Below, in pieces: positions 57,257-64,000 of a stretch of 64,000 nt of DNA; the first letter of the stretch is position 1; each line of letters opens with the position of its first letter. The stretch is from IMG/VR virus record IMGVR_UViG_3300032213_002832, positions 64,001-128,000 of that record; one strand, given 5' to 3'. Both the position numbers and the translations under genes were made by a program. Source of the stretch: a virus. The notes beneath the pieces are model-generated. The model saw only the letters and a list, made by a program, of their open reading frames with translations, had not been told where the DNA came from and did no database searches.

Positions 57257-57456
57257 TTAACTTCCTTTTGTCCAATTCGTTTTAAAAGCTCTTCTGATTC
57301 TAAGTAAAAATCATCTTCCCAAGCTCTCTCATCACCACCCCAATCTACAACAACGCCTAGATTTAACAATGCTTGAGAGAATCTTGTGTCAGGATACTCT
57401 TCGATATACTGCTCTAGTATAAGTATTATTAAGCGATTTGCTTCTAGACGTGTCAT
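57253..57456 (-). CDS. Small conserved phage protein
   Basis: YPDTRFSQALLN..DDFYLES. Confidence 0.65.
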   Translation of the reverse strand: MTRLEANRLIILILEQYIEEYPDTRFSQALLNLGVVVDWGGDERAWEDDFYLESEELLKRIGQKEVK

Positions 57457-57465
57457 AGGGATTCC

Positions 57466-58848
57466 TTAGTGTGTAAAGTCAGAGGCAGGCACTACAGCTT
57501 CAGTCATATTTGGGCCAGACATCTTGAGTTGTAAAGCGATCTGAGTAGCTGGACCTTGGAAATACACGATATTGAACTTGTTTGGACCTTTATTAAGTAA
57601 CTTAGTACCAGATACGGTATGTGGAGCATGTAAACCTTGATCTTCGACTAATAAATAACTATCTTCGATTGAGAGTCTAGCACCGTCATCACTTAGAAGT
57701 TTAAGAGTATATTCACCAGAAGTCTTGATGTTTAAATAACCAGAACAATCTAAAGCATAATCAGTATCGCCTACTAATGTTCGTAAATTAGCTGGCATTC
57801 CTGGAAAACCATTAGCAGATGGACTATCACCTACACTTAGATTAGCAAGAACAAAACTGCCTACTACTGGACTATTTTTTAGAGCATCAGGTAGTTTAGT
57901 ATCACCATTAGTTGAACTAAGATTATGAACATTACATAAAAGACCTGGTTGAATAGCATCTTCACCATCAGCACCAGTTGCTCCTACTGACCCATTAAGT
58001 CCGTCACGTCCTGGCTGACCTTGTGGGCCAGTTGTACCTGCTGGACCTTGAGCACCATTAGCTAGAAATACAGTACTTTCACCACAGACTACATTAGCTC
58101 CACCTGGAGCAGCAAATGCGGTACAAGAAGTTCCATTCAAACCATTTTGTCCGTTTTCACCATTCTGGCCATTTTGGCCATTATTTCCAGTTTTACCTTT
58201 TTTGCCATCATACACATAAGATACAGAATGTCCACATGTAATTTTTATACGTTTTTTATGAGATTGACGCTTCACTGTACAGCTGTCGCCCTTATCACCT
58301 TTATCTCCAGCAATACCTTGTTCACCCTGAATACCCTGATCACCCTGAATACCTTGTTCACCTTGAATACCCTGATCACCTTTATCACCTTTAGCTCCAT
58401 TATGGATAACTAAAGATTCTTGGTCAGGACAAGAAAGGACGACATTACCATCTTCGTCTGTTGATGTTGAACAGCTAAGACCATCAGATCCAGCTACACC
58501 CTGCTCACCAGTTTCACCCTGAATACCTTGTATTCCTTGAACACCTTGCGAACCGTTATAAACGATTTGACTAGTGCCATCATCACAAGAAATCTTAGCA
58601 CCAATCACTACTAAAGTAGTATCTAAAGAGTAGTATTCATCTTCTAGTTCAGCATAAGCTGGGGCAACTGAACATGAGCTACCATCTTTACCAGTTGCGC
58701 CAGTATCGCCTTTCGCTCCATCTTTACCATCAACACCGTTGGTTCCATTTGTACCAGCAGCACCAGGTGCTCCAACCGTCACCTTCACTTTCTCTTTGTC
58801 TACACTACAACCCACTAATAACATTAGACTCAGCAACACGTTCTTCAT
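57466..58848 (-). CDS. Collagen-like lipoprotein with C-terminal PA14 domain
   Basis: LLVGC lipobox; Gly-X-Y blocks separated by Cys-bonded beta spacers; YTLKLLSDDGARLSI..YFQGP PA14 motif. Confidence 0.85.
   Translation of the reverse strand: MKNVLLSLMLLVGCSVDKEKVKVTVGAPGAAGTNGTNGVDGKDGAKGDTGATGKDGSSCSVAPAYAELEDEYYSLDTTLVVIGAKISCDDGTSQIVYNGSQGVQGIQGIQGETGEQGVAGSDGLSCSTSTDEDGNVVLSCPDQESLVIHNGAKGDKGDQGIQGEQGIQGDQGIQGEQGIAGDKGDKGDSCTVKRQSHKKRIKITCGHSVSYVYDGKKGKTGNNGQNGQNGENGQNGLNGTSCTAFAAPGGANVVCGESTVFLANGAQGPAGTTGPQGQPGRDGLNGSVGATGADGEDAIQPGLLCNVHNLSSTNGDTKLPDALKNSPVVGSFVLANLSVGDSPSANGFPGMPANLRTLVGDTDYALDCSGYLNIKTSGEYTLKLLSDDGARLSIEDSYLLVEDQGLHAPHTVSGTKLLNKGPNKFNIVYFQGPATQIALQLKMSGPNMTEAVVPASDFTH
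58311..58392 (-). repeat. Imperfect 18-bp tandem repeats (GIQG(E/D)Q)
   Basis: aataccYtgWtcaccYtg units in the collagen region. Confidence 0.8.
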
Positions 58849-58933
58849 TCTTACTCCTATATATTGATTGGCGCTTAAAACTATGTATAATATACTAAGA
58901 TATAATCTTAATAAAGTGTTAAAGGATACAAAA

Positions 58934-59182
58934 ATGGCATTATTAATACCGAAAATACAAAAAGATATGGAAGCAGCTTTGATTGCGGCTTTAAAAACAG
59001 AGTTTGCTAAAGAGGGCTTGGCTGATACTACATCTCATCAAAGAATGGCAGCAGCTATAGCGAAAGGCGTAACTCAAGTACTCATCACTGCCATCACTAC
59101 ACAAGCACAAGTGGTGCCAGGTATCGCGACGGTGGGTGGCGAAAGTTCACAAACTTCAGTTTCACCAGGAAAAATAGTTTAA
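58934..59182 (+). CDS. Small virion (baseplate-tip-like) protein
   Basis: Start revised to MALLIPK; own TATAAT promoter; AQVVPGIATVG..PGKIV pattern. Confidence 0.45.
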   Translation: MALLIPKIQKDMEAALIAALKTEFAKEGLADTTSHQRMAAAIAKGVTQVLITAITTQAQVVPGIATVGGESSQTSVSPGKIV

Positions 59183-59376
59183 GGCTTATAGTGAGTTCTC
59201 TTCATATACTCAACGACGGGATTATTATAGTAATCCCTTGTTCTCTCTTGAAGCCTGTTCAGCTCTTCCAATGAATAAGCTGTATCATTCTTCTCACTTC
59301 TAAACAAACCGGTTATCATAAAACCTATTGGTATACCAGCAAAAATACCCACGATCAAACCCCATATAAAGAACAT
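59179..59376 (-). CDS. Small membrane protein
   Basis: N-terminal TM. Confidence 0.55.
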   Translation of the reverse strand: MFFIWGLIVGIFAGIPIGFMITGLFRSEKNDTAYSLEELNRLQERTRDYYNNPVVEYMKRTHYKP

Positions 59377-59390
59377 AAAACCCCTAATTG

Positions 59391-59600
59391 TTACAGTTTT
59401 TGATCTTGTATTACATTAACACCGGCTTTATGTGCTCTATCTCGCATCATTGATAGTCGATCTGCTAACTCTTTATAAACTTTGCTTTCAGCTACAATAG
59501 CTGTATTATTGGCTTTGATTAGAAGTTCAATAATTAAATCATTAGCATCTATATAAACTTCTTTAGAGGGTATTTCAACCACACGAATATTGTGGTTCAT
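59391..59600 (-). CDS. Hypothetical protein
   Basis: Coupled ATGA. Confidence 0.55.
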   Translation of the reverse strand: MNHNIRVVEIPSKEVYIDANDLIIELLIKANNTAIVAESKVYKELADRLSMMRDRAHKAGVNVIQDQKL

Positions 59601-59788
59601 TCTTTAATCCGATATGATCTCAAAACTCCAATATTAGCTTGTGTACGCTCTTTAGTGAGCTTTTCTTTTTTCTTACGATTTGCTTCCATGATGTTTTCAA
59701 AAGAGGTCTCTTCTACTTCTTCATCAAAAATAATCTCTTCATTTTCAACTAGCTTTTCTTTAGAGAATAGATTAATCACCTTACCCAT
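59597..59788 (-). CDS. Small hypothetical protein
   Basis: Start revised to MGKVINLF (AGGAG). Confidence 0.6.
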   Translation of the reverse strand: MGKVINLFSKEKLVENEEIIFDEEVEETSFENIMEANRKKKEKLTKERTQANIGVLRSYRIKE

Positions 59789-59827
59789 TAAGCCTCTCCT
59801 TTCAAATGATAACACCACACATATAAA

Positions 59828-59840
59828 TCGCGTCGGTTTT
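59828..59840 (-). promoter_or_regulatory. Phage promoter motif variant AAAACCGACGCGA
   Basis: Intergenic, 40 nt upstream of ATG 59788. Confidence 0.65.
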
Positions 59841-59848
59841 ATTACACC

Positions 59849-60511
59849 CTAAATCTCTACAATTATAGGTAGATTTTTGATTTTATATTCAGCGGTACAC
59901 GAGCAAGCATTAATAAACTTAACACCGTTGTGTTCTTTTAAGCCATAAGATTCGTGTATATGGCCAAAAACGTGTAGCTTCAATTGTTTTAATTCTTGAA
60001 TTCTTTCAGCTAAATCTTGGCACCCAACAACAGAGCCATCTTGGCATTCATCTAGTATGTCAAAAGGTGGACCATGTGTTATGAGGACGTTCGTATCATC
60101 TGGAATTTGCTTCCATATATCTTTAAGATCATTACCTCTTTGTAAGTTGAAGGCCCAGTTGTAAAAGAAAGGTTGCCATGGACTTCCATATACTTTAATC
60201 TGTCTACCGTTTATAGGTAACACAATTTCTGTGTCTTGTAGGTATATGAAGCTATCGTTAATAGGACCGTTATATAGCCATTCTAAAGCTTGGGCATTAG
60301 TATCACCTTCAAATGTTTGATCATGATTCCCAGCGATAAGTAATTTATATTGAAAACCCTTTATCGAACTGAACCACTTACCAAAATCCCTTACTTCTTT
60401 CTCTCTACCTCTAAAGGTAAAGTCGCCAGCATGTACCAGGATGTCTCCTGGTGGGACGATAAGTGAATCATGGTATGTGTGGGTATCAGAAATCGATACT
60501 ACTTTAATCAT
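59849..60511 (-). CDS. Metallophosphoesterase (MPPED/239FB-like)
   Basis: ISDTH, HAGD, AGNHD, YGSPWQP, THGPP, FGHIHE. Confidence 0.9.
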   Translation of the reverse strand: MIKVVSISDTHTYHDSLIVPPGDILVHAGDFTFRGREKEVRDFGKWFSSIKGFQYKLLIAGNHDQTFEGDTNAQALEWLYNGPINDSFIYLQDTEIVLPINGRQIKVYGSPWQPFFYNWAFNLQRGNDLKDIWKQIPDDTNVLITHGPPFDILDECQDGSVVGCQDLAERIQELKQLKLHVFGHIHESYGLKEHNGVKFINACSCTAEYKIKNLPIIVEI

Positions 60512-60727
60512 TTAGTTTTCCATTATGAATTGGATCAAGTCATTTGTTGAGTTAAAATTAGCAACTTCTTTTAAGTATCCATATTGATTATAAGATCTAA
60601 GTCGTATACGATTACTAAAAACGTCTACTACATGGTCATCACCTAACCAAAGAGTATGCTCAAGATCTCTAATAGAGTACGGTATTCTAAGTTCATCAGC
60701 TTCACGCGCTATATCAAATATGTCCAT
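60512..60727 (-). CDS. Hypothetical protein
   Basis: AAGGA RBS. Confidence 0.55.
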   Translation of the reverse strand: MDIFDIAREADELRIPYSIRDLEHTLWLGDDHVVDVFSNRIRLRSYNQYGYLKEVANFNSTNDLIQFIMEN

Positions 60728-60735
60728 AAATATCC

Positions 60736-61170
60736 TTATTTACCTTTTAGTTTATCAAGTCTCTCTTTAAGCCTCTGTTGATTATCTAGCTCTTCTAAAC
60801 CTTGTATTAACGTATTTTTAATATGTAGATTAAACCAAACTAAACACAAACAAAAAGCGCACAATATGCTAAAAAATAATGCTAACAATATATTGTTATA
60901 AAAATATATGAACATAGCTAGATCAACTACTGCTAAAACTAAGTTAAGCTTAGCATGAAGGTCACATTTATTTATTACATTTTGTACTGCTTCTCTACCT
61001 TCATCACTATTAAATTCTTCAATATTCATTGACACATCCCCGTAATTATAATTATTAAACCCATACAAAAAACTATAAAAGCTACATACTCTAACTCTGG
61101 TTCTTGACTTTTGATAGCTGCTAAAATCATTACTAATACTCCAATTAACAATGACATTGTTAATCCTCAA
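60736..61170 (-). CDS. Membrane protein (true start probably the internal MNIEEF)
   Basis: Two TMs in the C-terminal half. Confidence 0.5.
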   Translation of the reverse strand: MRINNVIVNWSISNDFSSYQKSRTRVRVCSFYSFLYGFNNYNYGDVSMNIEEFNSDEGREAVQNVINKCDLHAKLNLVLAVVDLAMFIYFYNNILLALFFSILCAFCLCLVWFNLHIKNTLIQGLEELDNQQRLKERLDKLKGK

Positions 61171-61486
61171 ATTTCATAGGTATGAAAGCTGTACTTCCTA
61201 CTTTGTAACCTTCATGAGTAACTATCACTCCGCCTGGTATTCGCTTAATTGTTTTATCTCCACCACAAGGTTTAACCTGCTGTCCTGGTTTTAGTTTCTC
61301 CCAGCTAATATTTTGAGCTTCGCATTCCGCCCGTATTCTATTACAATGTTCCGAGTTTACCATTAAATACCCAATTAAGATAATCACACCAATACGGAAA
61401 GGGATATCTAATAACTCGATGAAGTTAGGAGAAAATACTTTAAATTGCTTCATCTCTTCAATAGTGACTCTATTTTCTTCTCTCAT
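61160..61486 (-). CDS. Membrane protein
   Basis: One TM; coupled. Confidence 0.55.
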   Translation of the reverse strand: MREENRVTIEEMKQFKVFSPNFIELLDIPFRIGVIILIGYLMVNSEHCNRIRAECEAQNISWEKLKPGQQVKPCGGDKTIKRIPGGVIVTHEGYKVGSTAFIPMKFED

Positions 61487-61968
61487 TTTTCCTCACTAAT
61501 CATTGCTCTAATAGCTTCGAATAGTTCTTTATTTTCCCAATTTCTATAAGCATGAACTACATAATCTTGGTGTTCGCCTAGATTGTGCCTATTGCTACGA
61601 ATATGCTCATCTAAACCTCGCTTTGTTAAGAACGATTGAGAGGTTTCCCAATAATGACCCACTTGAAGTGTTTCAATCTCTCCAATCTCTTCTTCAAGCT
61701 TTTCACCTTCGTATTCTTTATCTTCTTTTAAGAATTGAATACACTCTTCTTCCGTATCGTACCATCCATCGTCTGGTTCCATTTCGGGGTGCTTAAATAC
61801 TGTTTTAGAGTCAGAGCAGTAATCTCCATCCGCAACGTATTCTCGTTTCTGTTGAAGTAGAAACTGAATTGGTCCAGCAGTCCAACGATTATCTTGAGTA
61901 TCTATTTCATTAATAAAACTCTTAAACCAAGCCATAGCTTCATCTTTAGTCATTTTATTACCTCTCAT
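61483..61968 (-). CDS. Conserved phage protein (TQDNRxTxxP / Ead-like C-terminal family)
   Basis: IDTQDNRWTAGP..FLT...HIRSNRHNL..YV..AYRN. Confidence 0.7.
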   Translation of the reverse strand: MRGNKMTKDEAMAWFKSFINEIDTQDNRWTAGPIQFLLQQKREYVADGDYCSDSKTVFKHPEMEPDDGWYDTEEECIQFLKEDKEYEGEKLEEEIGEIETLQVGHYWETSQSFLTKRGLDEHIRSNRHNLGEHQDYVVHAYRNWENKELFEAIRAMISEEK

Positions 61969-62179
61969 ACAAAGATGGTTGTGGACCTTTGTTTACATAG
62001 CGTTCATCTAACCTACCTTTGATATAAGTAGCTTCAATCATCTCAGCCATTATAGTTAAGATGCTTGTTTTTGCTGAGGAGTAAATGTAATGAGAGCTCA
62101 TTGTTGCTTCTAATTTGTCGTATAACTCTTTAAGCTCTTCATTATTCTCTATAAACTTAACTAGATTTTCTGGCGGCAT
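61958..62179 (-). CDS. Hypothetical protein
   Basis: AGGAG RBS. Confidence 0.55.
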   Translation of the reverse strand: MPPENLVKFIENNEELKELYDKLEATMSSHYIYSSAKTSILTIMAEMIEATYIKGRLDERYVNKGPQPSLYER

Positions 62180-62520
62180 ATATTACTCCTTGTAATCTGG
62201 TTTAGTAAGTCGTATGAAAGCAAGAGCCATTAACAGTGGGATACCAAATGGTATTAGTATAAGTATCCATTTTATTGTTGGCCACATAGGCTTTATGTGT
62301 ATCTTAGCTTTATCCATAAACCACCAAAGTATTCTTTCTGGCATATAATACACCTCAAAATTAAGTATAGCACTAAGATACAATCAGCTTATGATAGAGA
62401 TAGAGTATGAACAATCTAAACAAGTCTTAATGTTAATGACAGTTTTATTAAAACTACAAGTCATTGATATGGTTATATTTAATTCAGTATACCTCGAAAT
62501 CGTTATTAAAACCTCTTATA

Positions 62521-62769
62521 TCAAATAGACTTCATATTCTTCTTAAAGCCTTTTTGCTTCTTTAAATCCAGCTCTAATAGAAACATCTCTACATCAACGC
62601 CACTCTGAATCTCACTTACAACCAACTGTGCGGCATCAAGTGGTTCTTCGCCATCGTTGTACATACTCTCCATTTCGCTATCATATTCAGGACCGATGTC
62701 CTTTAATGAGTACCCAAGAACTTGGTTAAGTATGATATTAACTTCTCTGCGCCAACTTTCAAAAGTCAT
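62521..62769 (-). CDS. Hypothetical protein
   Basis: Coupled ATGA. Confidence 0.55.
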   Translation of the reverse strand: MTFESWRREVNIILNQVLGYSLKDIGPEYDSEMESMYNDGEEPLDAAQLVVSEIQSGVDVEMFLLELDLKKQKGFKKNMKSI

Positions 62770-63191
62770 TTCTTCCCCTTTTTCTTGGTAGTTTTTATAT
62801 AGCCAGAATCTTTAAGAAACTCTACTGTTTCTTCATCTTCTTTTGTGCTTGTATAATTAGTAAAATCTTTAGCTTCTTGTAGCCAATTTGGATCTTCTCG
62901 CATACTGGCAGTATGTTTAGGTCTGAGCTTAACCCAACGGTCATAATACTTAATAGCATCCTTATCAGTATGGTCTACAGGCTTAATCTCAAATGTTTGA
63001 AAAAGACCCCATAAACAATCTTCACATAAAGCAAAGGTATAGCGATTATTATCACCTAATATGCATGAATTCCACCCGCCGGAAATGTAAGTCTCTGGCA
63101 AACCCTCACCATAGCAATCTCCACCACATTTATTACAAATAGTGGACTCTATAGTATCAACAACTTTAAGCTTTTTTACAACTTTACGCAT
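62766..63191 (-). CDS. Zn-finger hypothetical protein
   Basis: CNKCG..LCEDC. Confidence 0.65.
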   Translation of the reverse strand: MRKVVKKLKVVDTIESTICNKCGGDCYGEGLPETYISGGWNSCILGDNNRYTFALCEDCLWGLFQTFEIKPVDHTDKDAIKYYDRWVKLRPKHTASMREDPNWLQEAKDFTNYTSTKEDEETVEFLKDSGYIKTTKKKGKK

Positions 63192-63625
63192 TATTTAGTC
63201 TCCGTATTGAGTTGCTTCATTCTTAGTGCTATCTCATTATCAACAGCTTGTATCTCTTTTTTATTAGATAGCAGTTTTCGAATAGATTTAAGGTCTTTAA
63301 GAACCTCATCATCTTGATTAGCTTTGCTACCAGGATTCTTAATCTTATGTTTCGCCCCACCATTAATCCTATTATCTTTGCGCAACCAGTTGGATAATAG
63401 GCCAGTTGAGTAGTTTCTTATCTTTGTAGGTGTATCATGTTTAGCTCGCGCCGTAGCAGAGAAAGGCATATCACCTGAATCAAGAGCTGTAGCAATCATT
63501 GTAACAATAGTCTTGCGATCACTTTTTGTAAGTTCAGCTCTGTTATTCTCTAATGAGAGTCCATTTTCTTGTAGAAAAGCAACGATTGCGTTATATACAA
63601 CTTGTTTTTGACTTTCTTCAGACAT
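63191..63625 (-). CDS. Hypothetical protein
   Basis: GGAG RBS; WLRKDNRINGG. Confidence 0.65.
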   Translation of the reverse strand: MSEESQKQVVYNAIVAFLQENGLSLENNRAELTKSDRKTIVTMIATALDSGDMPFSATARAKHDTPTKIRNYSTGLLSNWLRKDNRINGGAKHKIKNPGSKANQDDEVLKDLKSIRKLLSNKKEIQAVDNEIALRMKQLNTETK

Positions 63626-63637
63626 ATAAACTCTCCG

Positions 63638-64000
63638 TTATGGGTAGATATTAAAACGAAAACCGAACCTGTCATATACCGGAAAATGCGTGTCTCTTAC
63701 TTCTTCGAGGATATGTTGGCTATGGTGTTGTTTAAATAAGATCATCTTATCTATACCCTTTTCATGCCAAACCACTAAACCTAATTCATATTGCCATCCA
63801 GCAGCTTTGATACTATTAGTCTTATCTGAACCATCGAAATGAAGTAGGTTATTCCAATATAAACCAAAACCGCTATATTTAGCCATATCAAAATCTACAT
63901 TAAAACCAGCACCCATTCCAAGATCTTCATCTAAAGGCTTTAAGTATGGGTCACGAACTGTCTTATTGCGGTAGAAATCTACATGAACATCATTTGGGGC
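63638..64000 (-). CDS. Beta-strand-rich (outer-membrane-like) protein, 5'-truncated by window
   Basis: Frame open to the window end; aromatic alternating strands, HHSQH, C-terminal FGFRFNIY. Confidence 0.5.
   Translation of the reverse strand, partial: APNDVHVDFYRNKTVRDPYLKPLDEDLGMGAGFNVDFDMAKYSGFGLYWNNLLHFDGSDKTNSIKAAGWQYELGLVVWHEKGIDKMILFKQHHSQHILEEVRDTHFPVYDRFGFRFNIYP

Noticed and set aside
558-59852. Numerous short antisense or nested ORFs in the six-frame track
   Set aside because: They shadow longer genes with clear motifs and show no recognisable motifs of their own.
62494-62508. Possible 14th copy of the promoter motif (AATAACGATTTCGA on the - strand)
   Set aside because: It lacks the CCG core and has altered spacing, so it is too degenerate to count.
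1-64000. Alternative genetic code (TAG/TGA recoding as in some jumbo phages)
   Set aside because: Recognisable enzymes are full length under code 11, coding density is high, and TAA, TAG and TGA all end genes at sensible positions.
1-64000. CRISPR array, DGR/retron, integrase or transposase
   Set aside because: No regularly spaced repeat-spacer array, reverse transcriptase or recombinase motifs seen. The 13-copy motif is dispersed and tied to gene starts.

Overview
This is a 64-kb internal segment of a large, AT-rich, tailed dsDNA phage (probably jumbo class) using the standard genetic code. The left ~17.6 kb is mostly + strand. It holds the C-terminus of a Twort/SPO1 (Herelleviridae)-like major capsid protein, thymidylate kinase, a T5 A1-like metallophosphoesterase, a head-tail adaptor, several charged probable internal head proteins and a virion-appendage cassette. 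The rest is mostly - strand accessory and metabolic genes: 5'-3' exonuclease, dCMP deaminase, a degenerate ThyX, an Asp-type thymidylate-synthase-family enzyme, an initiator-like tRNA(CAU), a MoxR-AAA/vWA pair, HNH nucleases, NAD salvage (NAMPT plus NadM-Nudix), three near-adjacent ligases, two ClpPs, class II RNR, and a block of lipoprotein/TAXI/beta-barrel envelope genes suggesting a diderm host. The main candidate new system is transcriptional. A 12-14 bp motif (AAACCGATNCGA, with a sigma28-like CCGAT core and no visible -35) occurs 13 times, always on the - strand, and six copies sit 27-33 nt before a start codon. The window also encodes two miniature region-2-only sigma factors, one clearly FliA-like. 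All family assignments come from motif recognition by eye; no searches were run.
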